The notes under the pieces: model-generated
Seen by the model: only the letters and a program-made list of their open reading frames with translations
The model's database searches: none
Told to the model about the DNA's origin: nothing
Translations under genes and position numbers: made by a program
Shown here: positions 38,025-50,849 of the stretch, in pieces
Layout of the letters: the number at the start of each line of letters is the position of its first letter
Numbering within the stretch: the first letter of the stretch is position 1
From: Squalus acanthias
Taxonomy: Eukaryota
NCBI GenBank assembly: GCA_030390025.1
Contig: CM059432.1
Coordinates: 126,544,001-126,608,000, forward strand
DNA: 64,000 nucleotides
Direction: 5' to 3'

Positions 38025-38645
38025 TAAAATAACAACAGAAAGTGCTGGAAACACTGAGCAGGTCAGGCAGCATCGAAGAGAGGAGAAACAGTCAACGTTT
38101 CGGGTCGAACCCTTCGTCAGAACTGGAAAAGGTTAAGGAGGAGAGATTTTTAAGCAGGGGCAGGGAGGAGGGGAGGAAAGAACAAAGGGAAGGTCTGTGA
38201 TAGGATGGAAGGCAGGAGAGATTGAATGACAGAAGGGATGATGGTGCAAGGCAAAAGGAGAGATAATGGGACAAGTTAAGAAACAAAAGATGGCTCTAGA
38301 TGCTGTGTGGATGATGATGGCAGCAACATTAACAGCTACCATGTGAGGAAACGAGAAAAAAAAAAACTACAGGGGCCAATTTATAGTCTGAAATTGTTGA
38401 ACTCGATGTTAAGTCCAGAAGGCTGTAAAGTGCCTAATAGAAAGATGAGGTGCTGTTCCTCGAGCTTCGTTGGAACAGTGTAAGAGGCCGAGGATGGAGA
38501 GATCAGAGTGGGAGTGGAGCAGAGAATTAAAGTGACAGGCGACCGGAAGCTCAGGGTCACGCTTGTGGACTGAACAGAGGTGTTCCGCAAAGCGGTCACC
38601 CAATCCGTGTCTGGTCTCCCCAATGTAGAGGAGACCACACTGAGA
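38025..38645 (-). mobile_element. Penelope-like element 3' fragment (GIY-YIG end plus 3' UTR)
   Basis: CGLLYIGETRHGLGDRFAEHL...PVACHFN...LGTLQPSGLNIEFNNFR. Confidence 0.9.
38089..38125 (-). ncRNA. Minimal hammerhead motif in PLE 3' UTR
   Basis: cagtt-CTGACGA-a-gggt(tcg)accc-GAAAC-gtt-gactg; core boxes intact. Confidence 0.65.
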
Positions 38646-39614
38646 GATAAATCTATCGGTCTTACAACCATATATAGGGTTACTTTTACCGTTTCCCCGA
38701 GATGTAGTTAGACAGGCAGCTTGCACCATACACATGGTTGAGTGAAGGCCCTGGATCTCTCGCCCATTAATACCATAGAGACATCGAGTCTCTGGAATGC
38801 CGACCTAATGGACGTTAATGTAAACTAAGTGTCAAGGTCATGGAAGGTAGATGATATAATGGCCTACAGCTGAGGATATAATAACCGGGCCATTATAATG
38901 TAAAGTTAGGGAAATCGAGGGTTGGCCATCCTGCTACTGAGCTCAGCACAGCCTTCACATCATGGCATGTGTTGTCTGTGAGCATCATTTTCTCTCATAA
39001 AACTATAAGCGAAAGACTCTGCGTTGAGAAATCTCATTCCTGGCACAGAGGCAACGACTGCAAACTCATCTTACTACCATCTCCAACATGCTGTTCTTGG
39101 TCGGATACTGGCATCAAGCACTTGGAGGTCAGGTACAGCTCAATTCAATACAGAGTTAAACTGCCTGTACTCTGCCCCCTGCCTGCACTCTGCCCCCAAC
39201 ACATTGGGTGAGGGCAAGATCTGGGTCAGCCACAACATCCTCCACAGCTAAATATCCTCACCGCTCGCCATCTCGGCTCGCAAATGGTCACTTTGATGAG
39301 AGGTTGGAGGGTTCCAGATGCCCTTTGACCCCTGTTGCAGCAATCAGGAGAGAGAAAAAAAGAGCGTGCATTTACATAGCGCCTTTCACAACCTCAGGAC
39401 GCCCCACAGCGCTTCAAAGCCAATGAAGTGTAGAACCTGTTGTAATGTGGGGAAACTGGAGGAAAAACAATTAAAAGATAAGAAAAATAATGGTGGGGGG
39501 GCTGGGTAAAATAACATGAGGTACTTGGTGAGGTGGACAGAACACATTAAAGATCAAAGAACTGCTCAAATGGATTGTGATTTGTTGCCAATGTCAAACA
39601 GCATATAGTATTAC

Positions 39615-39706
39615 CTTGTCTGATACACGGAGATAAACCTACTGCTGTTGTTTTGCTTCTCTTTAGGACATACTCGATGGGAGTAGATGCCGCTCTCCAG
39701 CAATGA
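39615..39706 (-). CDS. Candidate internal coding exon of the host gene (unidentified)
   Basis: Acceptor ttttacag, donor AAG|gtaata, 92 nt in apparently non-repetitive DNA; frame HCWRAASTPIEYVLKRSKTTAVGLSPCIRQ is open (a second frame is also open). Confidence 0.5.
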
Positions 39707-40049
39707 CTGTAAAATGGTTTGAAGAAGTGTTCCTCTACTTAGCAAAGCAGAACTAACAGCTCACGCACATAATCATTTCTCCATATTATAAAATGGCCAG
39801 ACCCAACTCCAGGCACCAGACATCTAGTTGGATTACAAATTGTAGGATGAGTGTCCCCAGCTGACCACAGTAATTTGATAAAAAAACAACCCTCACCTCC
39901 AAAAATACATTCTACACATTAATGTACACTCTGCAGACTATTACATTCGCATCGTATAGATAAAATTTAAAAATTGCTTTTTACCCCCACTCATTAAAGA
40001 TTTTAAAGTGTTTGACTGTTAACTAAATAGCCAGTCTGGAGATGAAAAA

Positions 40050-40200
40050 GTGTCGCCACTGCTGTAATGTGGGAAACGCGGCAGCCAATTTGCGCACAGC
40101 AAGCTCCCACAAACAGCAATATGATAAATGACCGGATAATAGTTTTTTTTAAATGCAGTTAGTTGAAGGATAAATATTGGCCAGGAGACCGGGGAGAACT
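40050..40200 (-). mobile_element. Deu/SacSINE-like fragment
   Basis: gcagccaatttgcgcacagcaagctcccacaaacagcaat...ggataaatattggccagga. Confidence 0.75.
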
Positions 40201-40367
40201 ATAAAGTGCAAGTTCTTTCATTCTTCCTTTTTCTCCCTGGAGTAGAATTAAAGCAAGCCTACCAAATGTACATTTCACTGGGGTAAAACAGTGTACAGTG
40301 GAATGGTGTTTGTCCATTAATAGCGACCAGTCATTTCTAGGCTACAAAGTTTGTAACGGTGACGTGT

Positions 40368-40490
40368 GGGTAATTTTACAAGTCCAAACAACCAGATTAT
40401 TGTGGGTCGTGCATTCCCAAAATTTCTGATTTGTTCCGCCCACAGGCAAGGTTCCCCATCATCAGTACGGACTGGGTAAAAATTACCCCC
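40368..40490. mobile_element. Small MITE
   Basis: GGGTAATTTT...AAAATTACCC TIRs, same type as 2589-2675. Confidence 0.5.
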
Positions 40491-40902
40491 ATTATATAAA
40501 CCTAGCAATTATGCTGTGCCATATCAGCATAAAGATTACTTTTACCAGTATTTAACCATAGAAGTCAATTTGTTCAAACAGTAGAGGAAGTAATTGCATA
40601 ATGTTATGCATTCATATTTAATATCATAGGGAATAATTTTTAAGCAATTCTTTTAAACCTTAAAATATATTGTGGATGTAAGCCAAGTATCTAACAGGAT
40701 GCAGTAGTGGAGAAAGCCCCTTTTCAATATATAAAACTAGGAAGCTCTAATACTAGTCACTCTCCCGTTGCAGACAAGGGAGTGAAGATTAAGTGCAGTG
40801 TTCAAGGGAAAGGGGAGTAGAGGACAGGACTAATTGGACCAAGATGCAGATGTAACTCATCGCCATTTTAAAGTCATACATCTGTCCTTATTTTTATACG
40901 TC

Positions 40903-41738
40903 ACGCAACAAGACCTGGACGACGTTCAGGCTTGGGCTGATAAGTGACAAGTAACATTCGCGCCACAGAAGTGCCAGGCAATGACTATCTCCAACAAGCG
41001 TGAATCTAACCACCTCCCCATGACATTCAATGGTATTACCATTGCCGAATCCCCCACCATCAACATCCTGGGAGTCACCATTGACCAGAAACTTAACTGG
41101 ACCAGCCACATAAATACTGTGGCAACAAGAGCAGGTCAGAGGCTAGGTATTCTGTGGCGAGTGTCTCACCTCCCGACTCCCCAAAGCCTTTCCACCATCT
41201 ACAAGGCACAAGTAAGGAGTGTGATGGAATACTCTCCACTTGCCTGGATGAGTGCAGCTCCAACAACACTCAAGAAGCTCGACACCATCCAGGACAAAGC
41301 AGCCCGCTTGATTGGCACCCCCTCTACCACCTTAAACATTCACTTCCTCCACCACCGGCGCACCGTGGCTGCACTGTGCACCATCTACAAGATGCACTGC
41401 AGCAACTCGCCAAGGCTTCTTCGGCAGCACCTCCCAAACCCGCGACCTCTACCACCTAGAAGGACAAAGGCAGCAGGCACATGGGAACACCACCACCTCC
41501 AAGTTCCCCTCCAAGTCACCCACCATTCTGACTTCGAAGTACATCATCGATCCTTCATCGTCACTGGGTCAAAATCCTAGAACTCCCTCCCCAACAGCAC
41601 TGTGGGAGTACCTTCACCACGCGGACTGCAGCGGTTCAAGAAGGTGGCTCACCACCACCTTCTCAAGGGCAACTAGGGATGGCCAATAAATGCTGGCCTT
41701 GCCAGCGACGCCCACATCCCATAAATGAATATTAAAAA
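40903..41738 (+). mobile_element. 5'-truncated Zenon-like LINE
   Basis: QDLDDVQAWADK*...ILGVTIDQKLNWTSHI...IYKAQVRSVMEY; colinear with about 14575-15370. Confidence 0.92.
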
Positions 41739-42559
41739 ATTATGAATTCCTACGTCCAAATTTGTAAACTGGTCACATTGTAATTACACCTTCCACTGGC
41801 GGGGGAAACAGAGTGTAATTATAGTGACAAGTTTACACGTAGTATTAAGACTTTTAATATTCTATAAATTGTGCTTTCTTCAAGCAGGAGATTTTAGCCT
41901 GGGTTGCGTTGGCGTTGTGGGAGAACTTTCATTTGTACGTTAATGTATATTATGCCAAATGACCCCATATATAGAATTTCTCTCTTTGGCTGATCAAAAT
42001 TGAAAGGAAACCAACCACCTCTTTAAAACAAAGTGTTGAAGTAAAGGAGGCTTTCATCATGTTTGTTTTCACCATCAGGAGCCACCACCGCTTCTACCTT
42101 CATGCAATGCAGCCTGTGAAGGAGTATCGCTGTGATCTCTGTACTATGAAACTTTCCAGAGAAAGTTGGCTACCGAACAAAACAGTTCTTTTTAGATGCG
42201 TTTTGGTTACGAGCCAAAATTCTCTGGAAAGTTTAGGAGCTATGGCTAAAAGAACGGATGGTCAAAACTGAGCTGAACCTCAGCCATCTTGTTCATTCCT
42301 ATGCCTAACCACATTGAGTGTTGGTAAGGCAGCCACTTTTGCAATTGTTTTTGAAGGAAACAAATGAGCTTTATAAAATTTCATGTTTACTACAAAAGTA
42401 CTTGCTAGTTCATGAAACTGACCCACAATTTACACTAAAGAGAAAAAAAAATGTGCACTCGCTCAATGAAGAGCAGGGTGTAATTCAACATCCATTTCCC
42501 TGCAGGTAGCAATTCACAAGACCATGTGAAACTTCACCCACCAATGGTTCAACGTGTTC

Positions 42560-42865
42560 ACACCGAGTAGCTGAGCCACACAGACCAGGAGGCTCTCACA
42601 TTGGATCCATTTTTATGCGGAGTTCCAGGGTGACAGTAGGGTCTCAAGAGCTCTGGGTTAGAAAGGAGAAATCAGCCGGGCTGCCCATGACTGATTGCTA
42701 TCCAGCAATCTTGTTGGAAGTTCGCATGTTACGAACAGGTTACGACATTACTGGGGAGATCCCCAAGATAAAACCGACTCTCATATGAATAATGAGGGCG
42801 AGCTGCCACCTGTGGAAATGTACCCCAGCAAGGAGTCAGCCCCTTCAGGAGGGAAGGAGAGCAGA
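42560..42865 (+). mobile_element. Old SINE-like repeat (third family)
   Basis: gagccacacagaccagg...aaatcagcc...tgctatccag...gtaccccagca..gagtcagc..cttcaggag; related fragment near 39205-39350. Confidence 0.45.
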
Positions 42866-43004
42866 AGATTGGCAAGAAACAAAAGAGTCTCTGTTATGAG
42901 CATGACCCAGTCGCTGGTGTCGATGGAGGTGTAAAGAGTTGGCTGGAGGTATGTAAAATACAGAATTCTATACCACTGTCATCATTCAACCCCACATGCA
43001 GAAG

Positions 43005-43428
43005 TAGACTAGGCCTATATTCTCTAGAGTTAAGAAAAATGAGGTGATCTCATTGAAACATAGAAAATTCTTACAGGACTTGACAGGGTAAATGCAGGGA
43101 GGATGTTTCCCCTGGCTGGGGAGTCTAGAACCAGGGGTCACAGTCTCAGAATAAGGGGTCGGCCATTTAGAACCGAGATGAGGAGAAATTTCTTCACTGA
43201 GGGTGGTGAATCTTTGGAATTCTCTACCCCAGAGGGCTGTGGAGGCTCAGTCGTTGAGTATATTGAAGACAGAGATCAATAGATTTTTCAATATTAAGGG
43301 AATCAAGGGATATGGGGATAGTGCAGGAAGGTGGAGTTGAGGTAGAAGATCAGCCATGATCTTATTGAATGGCGGAGCAGGCTCGAGGGGCCGAATGGCC
43401 TACTCCTGCTTCTATTTATGTTCTTATG
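43005..43428 (+). mobile_element. CR1 3' fragment
   Basis: Reverse-complement similarity to 11411-11885; ends ttatgttcttatg. Confidence 0.92.
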
Positions 43429-43535
43429 TAAGTCCTCCCTTTCCCAAATCATTCAAATCTAAGCATTACACTTGTTAACAATTTAGTTAAATTTTGTTAG
43501 AATGCAACTGTTATTTTCACCGAATGGTTAAATTA

Positions 43536-43843
43536 ACAACTTGTATTTATATAGCACCTTTAATGTCGTAAAACATCCCAAGATGCTTCACAGGAGCGTT
43601 ATCAAACAAAAATTTGACACTGAGACACATAAGGAGATATTAGGACAGGTGATATTGGTCAAGCTTGGTCAAAGAGGTAGGTGTTAAGGAGCGTCTTAAA
43701 GGAGTAGGGAGAGGTAGAGAGGCGAAGAGGTTTAGGGAGGGAACTCCAGAGCTTAGGGCCTAGGTGACTGAAGGCATAGCCGCCAATGGTGGAGCGATTA
43801 AAATTGGGGATGTGCAAGAGGCCAGAACTGGAGGAGCGCAGAC
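43536..43843 (-). mobile_element. L2-type 3' fragment
   Basis: NRSTIGGYAFSHLGPKLWSSLPKPL...FKTLLNTYLFDQA. Confidence 0.85.
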
Positions 43844-44684
43844 ATTTAAATATAGCAAAATATTCAGTAAGTTGTTGGTAAATGCACAGCCCGGCATGAA
43901 ACAGAAGCATTCAGAGTTTTCAGACCAGAAAGCCCCAGCTTCGATTCCCAGTTTATTGGGGCTTCTGATTTTGGTAGGCAGTGTTGCAACCAACCAACCA
44001 CTCCATCTGCTACCCGTGCACTTTCCCCACCAGGGACCGAACAGATGAGGGGTTGGCAAAACCAGTCAGTTCACAGGACACACAGTTCCCACTGCCACTA
44101 CAACAAGCTAAGTCGACACTCTTGTATATCTTGGTGTAGGAGGTGAGAAAATGGCCCAATAATCATCAGCTGTAATTTTATGATAGAAAAAGTGCCTTTA
44201 GTTTAGTTAGCTGTTGGAGTAGAGCAAAAGTTAAATCAGGAAGTAATTATTAGGTGACGTTAGGCTTGTTTTTTTTTTGAAAAAGCCCGACGATAGTAGG
44301 AGGCATAGGAATTTGGCTATAATGTTTCAGCAGACCTGTCACCAGGATGGCTCACTAAAGCACATTAAAACTCTAGAAGTATGAGTAACTATACATTTCA
44401 AACGTTACTCCGCTTTAAAAGAGACCTATCTACACAATTACAGTGCATACACAGGGGCAGTCGTTATGGAGACTATAACAATTCATCTATAATTTACCAA
44501 TGTAACACATAAAACATGGATTACTCCAAGTGATGTTCACAATGCATCACATCGGGCATTAACTCCACACCGGCAGAGCTGGGTGGCAAGCTCCCTGGTC
44601 AATTATTAAGCTCAATCCTCTCCCAGACTTAGCTGCATGACATCTTGCCGGTCTTTAAACAATATACAAGTGAAGCTAACTGTA

Positions 44685-45133
44685 TATTGCCTGGGCTGGG
44701 GAATTTTAGCTATGAGGAAAGATTGGATAGACTGGGGTTGTTTTCTTTGGAACAGAGGAGGCTGAGGGGAGACCTTATTGAGGTGTATAAAATTATGAGG
44801 GGCCAAGATAGAGTGGCTAGGAAGGACCTATTTCCCTTAGCAGAGGGATCGATAACCAGGGGGCATAGATTTAAAGTAATTGGTCAGAGGTTTAGAGGGG
44901 ATTTGAGGAGAGGGGGGTGGGGGTCTGGAACTCACTGCCTGAAAAGGGTGGGAGAGGCAGAGATCCTAATAACATTTAAAAAGTACTTGGATTTGCACGT
45001 GAAGTGCTGTAACCTACAGGGCTACGGACCAAGTGCTGGAAAGTGGGATTAGGCTGGATAGCTCTTTGTCGGCCGGCACGGACAAGATGGGCCGAATGGC
45101 CTCCTTCTGTGCCGTATGATTCTCTGATTCTAT
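44685..45133 (+). mobile_element. CR1 3' fragment
   Basis: FSYEERLDRLGLFSLEQRRLRGDLIEVYKIM. Confidence 0.92.
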
Positions 45134-45654
45134 ATTCAGTTATACAGCCCCCAATTAAGAAAACCTCAGGGTTTCTCTAAATTCACGCAGAACAATACAA
45201 ATAATCACTGCACTTGTATAAAACATGTTGGGTTCTAATTTTAATTGAAAAAAAAATGTAATATAAAGTGGGAGCAGCACATTATACCCATGCGTACTTT
45301 TCCACTGAAAACAGAGAATAATGCAAAATCTGCCCAGCTGTGTATACTGTGCCCACAGTTCTCAACACAGCTTATGCCACGCCATCAGGAGGGAGGCACC
45401 AAGTAAAGCCCGGCACTTCCCCACATGGAACGGGTCAACCCAAGCTGTTGTCATGCACCTTCCAGTCATCAGCTCAGTAACAGTATTGGTGAAAACCTGG
45501 CAGCAGGTCATCGGGCTGCCCTCAGTGAAGGGGGGGGGGGGGCGGGGGGAGTGGGCGTAAGGCTTAGCGGGTCCTAAAGAGAAGAAAACAAATAAGTTAC
45601 AGAGAGGGCGAGGGGATGCTACATACTGGATAGGATCACAGCGTATTAAAAATA

Positions 45655-46020
45655 AAAGACATACATTTATGTAACGCATTTCTATAACGTCCCAAAGCGC
45701 TTTACAACCAATGTACTTTTGAAGTGTAGTCACTACATGTGCCAAGTTTGCACACAGCTGGGTCCCACAATCAGCATGGACTAGATAATCTGATTTAGTG
45801 ATGTTGGTGGAGGGATAGAAATTGGCCAGGGGTCAACTCCCTGCTCGTCTTCAAATATGTCCACCGTAGAGGGCAGACGGGGCCTCAGTTTAACATCACA
45901 CCCAAAAGGCAGCACCTCCGTCAGTGCAGCGCTCCCTCAGTACCGCACTGGAGTGTCAGCCTAGATTATATGCTCAATTTTCTGGGGTGGGACTTGAACC
46001 CACAACCTTCTGACTCGGTG
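45655..46020 (-). mobile_element. Deu/SacSINE-like SINE
   Basis: B box (gggacttgaacc on plus), core and tail colinear with 8403-8841. Confidence 0.75.
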
Positions 46021-46513
46021 GCAACGCACACCCCCACCCCAATCACACTGACTATAAAGAACAATCATTTTCCTTTTTTCTTGAAAGAACAACTGTAAAA
46101 AAAAAGCCAGGTTTTGACAAACTAAAGCAACTGGAGCAGGGATCCATTTAATTGGAAATGACACTGATTTCCTTTCACAAAAACTGCAACGACGTTTCAA
46201 ATTCTTAATCTGGGCACAATTTCATTAGCCGAGATTAAATTCGGATTCTTTAACCTAATTACAGCAATACTAGTGGTTTGTGCCTAAAGCCAGTTGTCAA
46301 TTAAATGAAGTGAACATTGACGAGTCAAAATGATACAAAAGCCAGAGAATCAGCAAAGACAACTGCAGCCACCCTCTGGACTTCCACAACTTCAAGCTGG
46401 ACACACCGACTCCAGCAAAATTCTAATCATATAAAATCCACGATCTTGCACCAGTAGTGTATTTATGTATTCTACTTACATACCAGCTGCAGGACCACAT
46501 ACTGATCGAACAG

Positions 46514-48730
46514 CCCAGATTTTCTGACTGGGCACCATCCCCACTGGAAGTGTAGTGGGGCACAACTCCACCCCTCAAACTGTTCCTTCAAAGTTGACCT
46601 CACCAAAGTTCCTGCGGTCAGCTTAATTATAATACTGAGAGCAAGTTCTTGTCATTGTGAACACCTCCCATGGGAACTCACCCAGGGTCACAGGAAATAG
46701 CATACTGCTGCAGGATTCAAATGCTTCCAGAAACTTTAAAGGGCCAGGGACATTGAAAACTGGCTTGGGAGCAGAGCCTTAAGATATGTAAACAGAAACG
46801 GTCTGTTGGTTCTGCAGAAAGGAAGCGTCGTCAGGTTATCACAGAACCATACAGCAGAGAAGGAGGCCATTCGGCCCATAGTGCCTGTGCTGGCTCTTTG
46901 AAATAGCTATCTAATTAGTCCCAGGCCCCTGCTCTTTCCCCAGAACCCTGCTATCGCTCCAAGGCAGCAGTGCAAGTGCTGCTGGATCAAATGAGGCAGG
47001 CAAGTGGGACCCTGTTTGGTAAAGTGTGGCAAAAGTCCCCAAAGAGATCTACTCATGTCCAGTGGAAGGAGATGCTGGGCCAGTCAGAGCCAATTCATTG
47101 ATCCCACGCATGGCAACTCAGTGCCATAAAAATGATCTTGGCAGGTCAGGCAAGGTAACTTGAGCCAGTCAAACCTTCCAAGAATTCACTGTACTAAACA
47201 TGTCTGCCATTTAAAACCACCTCCCCCTCATTGTGTTGAAGCACTTGAAGAGCTTCTCATCAATACCCAGGAGATAGCCCAGAGTCCTTTACGTGGAAGT
47301 GTTCCTTCTCTCAGCCTTACATGCAGACCCACTAATAGCCTCACATTGCATGTAGTTGCTTGGTTTACACACCTATCATCACCCCCACTATGGTCTGCAT
47401 GCTGACCCTTCGGTTGGACAGCATCACATGGTAACCAGAGGTCATTCTCACTTTTTGAATTATATTAAAGTAGCCTAGCCATAATACCAGAGGCAGATTG
47501 GTAATAGGTGATGGGCCCCCAACCTCCCCATACGAGGAGGAAGCTTTAAAGCTCCTAGGAAGGCAATACAGGGATTCAGAGACAGGAACTAAAAAGAGGT
47601 GGGTTTATCATGACTTTTCCTTCTCTTCTTTGCTATCCTACTGTACTCCACATTACCCATAGGCACACAAGCTCGTGAAATGCGCATGTCACTCCTTCTA
47701 CTGAAAGTAACACAAATCCAGATATTAGAACATAACCAGGAATCTCCTGCAGACCTGCCACCCATCACAGTTTTCTCACACCAGTCATGATTCAGCATCT
47801 ACCTCACACATCCAAGTCACTTTCCTAAAACACTGCAACCACTTATCGAAGCAAGAAAAACGAAATCTAAATGTGATTGCTTCAGATGCTGCCACTTACC
47901 TTGACTGCATATTCACACTCTGTCAATCACTGAAAGCTAAGTGTTGACCTTGTAAATGTCAGTACTTGGAGCAATCATGATAAGGGCCTAAAATTATGTC
48001 CCTTTCCTCTTGCATTTGTAATGTTGACAGGTGTGCTCTCAGTTTGGAGTGCGTTTCTCTGGGGATTTTAGCTCTGTTCTACATCGCTGCTCAACCTGAA
48101 TAGCTGGTACAATAAAAGGGGTAGGGAGTTAGAGTGCGAGCGGTAGAGAGGAGGAGGGAGGAAGATTACTGCACCACCAATCTTTGGGAGGCTTTTTTTG
48201 AAGACTGAAAAGCTTCTAAAATGGAAATGAGAGAATATGAGCCAGCCAGAACAGATTCCTGTGACTGTCTCACAAACATAACAAAGATAATCAGTTATCA
48301 GTTCATCAAAACTCATCTCTTTCGGTACATTAAGGGGAAGATAATGCAGTGGGGCTGAAACACATTGGATATCCACTCCCCAGAAAGAGCTCTATAGTAC
48401 ACCTGAGGCACTCGGCATGCCTCAATCTGAATAGCAAACAATGTGAGGGCTGGGAGTCTCCACACATGCTGCGTGCTAGACTCACTAGGCACCTGACTTC
48501 AAATAAGGCCACAGCCCCATAATACAGCTGGATCACCTGAGCAGCACTTCAGCCATTGAACACCCATTGAGTGGGTACTGAAGGGGAGGGCACCATTCTA
48601 ATTTTTAAAAATAATTTGGGCACCTCGACCTTTGCCCCCCCCACCCCTCCCCCCATGTCAGCAAAGTGCCTGACACACAGGACCAGCCCGCAACCCTTCC
48701 CTTGACACCCTCGCCCAACAATGCAGCCCC
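46514..48730. mobile_element. Possible highly decayed Harbinger element (Myb remnant plus, transposase-like remnant minus)
   Basis: gcccagattttc start; Myb-like QWKE...ATQCHK-NDL then aag|gtaac (about 47050-47160); weak transposase-like trace about 48330-48480; CR1 tail inserted at about 46838-46950. Confidence 0.35.
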
Positions 48731-48772
48731 AATTATGAAAGACAGACCTGAATTATTAGTAAATTATGTATA

Positions 48773-49818
48773 TAAGCAGGAAGCAAAGGGTAATGGTTGA
48801 TGGGTGTTTTTTGACTGGAAGGCCATTTCCAGTGGGGTTCCACAGGTCCCTTGCTTTCTGTGGTATATATCAATGATTTTGACTTCAATGTAGGGGGCAT
48901 GATATAGAAGTTTGCAGATGATACAAAAATTGGCCGTGTGGTTGATAGTGAGGAAGAAAGCTGTAGACTGCAGGAAGATATCACTGGACTGGTCAGGTGA
49001 GCACAAAAGTGGCAAATGGAATTCAATCTGGAGAAGTGTGAGGTAATGCATTTGGGGAGGGCTAACAAGACAAGGGAATACACAATAAATGGTAGGATAC
49101 TGAGAAGTGCAGAGGAACAGAGGGACCTTGGAGTGCATGTCCACAGATCCCTGAAGGGTAGCAGGACAGGTAGATAAGGCGGTATAGGGGATACTTTCCT
49201 TTATTAGCCGAGGCAAAGAATATAAAAGCAGGGAGGTTATGTTAGAACTGTATAAAACACTAGTTAGGCTGCAGCTAGAATACTGTGTACATTTCTGGTC
49301 ACCACATTACAGGAAAGATGTGATTGCACTAGAGAGGGTACAGAAGAGATTTACGAGGATGTTGCCAGGACTGGAGAATTTTAGCTATGAGGAAAGATTG
49401 GATAGTCTGGGGTTGTTGTCTTTGGAACAGAGGAGGCTAAGGGGCAATTTAATTGTGGTGTATCAAATTATGAGGGGCCTAGATAGAGTGGATAGGAAGG
49501 ACCTATTTCCATTAGCAGAAGGGTCAATAACCAGGGGGCATAGATTTAAAGTAATTGGTAGAAGGATTAGAGGGGAGTTGAGGAGAACTTTTTTCACCCA
49601 GAGGGTGGTGGGGGTTTGGAACTCACTGCCTGAGTGGGTGGTAGAGGCAGAAACCCTCATCACATTCAAAAAGTACTTGGATATGCACTTGAAGTGCTGC
49701 AACCTACAGGACTACGGACCAAGAGCTAGAATTTGGGATTAGGCTGGATAGCTCTTTTTTGGCCAGCACAGACACGATGGGGTGAATGGCCTCCTTCTGT
49801 GCCGTAAACTTCTATGAT
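48773..49818 (+). mobile_element. 5'-truncated CR1
   Basis: KFADDTKIG; MLELYKTLVRLQLEYC...FFTQRVVGVWNSLP. Confidence 0.95.
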
Positions 49819-49956
49819 ATGACCTCACTTTACCTAGCAAGGTCAACCCCCTTTTATGCAGGGTCGGTACCAATGCCACATTACTGCAGTTGCATTATTG
49901 ACCCCCATCTTTCCTAACATGGTATCTAATTGTAGTTTAATCTCCTAAAAGATATG

Positions 49957-50849
49957 GGGGTAAAAATTCACTTGGTTGCGCCTCCCGTTAGCGCCTTAAG
50001 AGGGCGCTAATGGGGCGCAAAGCCGCTAACGCCCGGGCGCAGCGATGTTTGCGCCGCTCGGGAACTTAACTAGAGATTGTGCGGCGGCGCTAAACTTTAC
50101 CGCTGCGACCACCTGCGCGCGCAGATTGTGACGTCATTCCATGGTGCAACGCCCTTGTGGCGCCCCGGAGCGGAAATTGAGTGGCGCCCCCTGCCTTACC
50201 GCCTGGCGCATCCAACGACCAGAAGACTGGAACGCTATCAATCGCTGTGGGGCTGGGGGGGGCGCTATTTAAAGGGGGCCTCTTCCTGTCTTTTATTGTT
50301 GGTGGCATTTTTGAACTACGCATTCTGAGAGAGAGAGGGAGAGACTTCTGGAGAGATTCAACGTTGTGTGAAGGAGTTTTGGGTACTGAGCAGCACTTTG
50401 CAGGTTCATTTTGATTTGCCATTCCTTGTATCGATTTAGCAGAGACTGTGGGAGCTGCACTCTGAGCTCTTTGCCTGGTACTCTCCATTGTTCTTTCCAG
50501 CACATTTGATGTGCAAGTCTCTCCAGGCCGAGATTCAAGGCTGCAATGAACAGGATGTGGATGGAAAGCAAGATTAACCATCCCCTTTAAGAACTGGCCC
50601 GTGCCATTGTGTGTGTGTTCCATTGCTGACTGACATTACATGAGCTTCGCCAGCGCTCTGAGTTAGCGCCTCACTCCTTGGCCTTTGCGCCTTAAGACAG
50701 GTGTGCAGCGCCTGATTTAGCGCTCCACTCACCTCCCGGGGCGGTAAAAGTGAAGTTTCCAGTCAGTGCCGATAATTAGCGGCAGGCGCTAATATTTGCG
50801 TCCAGATGATATTTGCGCCCCAAATGGGGCGCGACCTAATTTTTCCCCC
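49957..50849. mobile_element. Harbinger-like non-autonomous element, CpG-rich ends, inserted in an old CR1 tail
   Basis: TIR GGGG(T/G)AAAAATT (11/12); TSD ATG; many gcgcc/ggcgc subterminal motifs. Confidence 0.75.

Noticed and set aside
50090..50623. 177-aa ORF and CpG-island-like promoter
   Set aside because: Lies wholly within a TIR/TSD-bounded element; no recognisable domain
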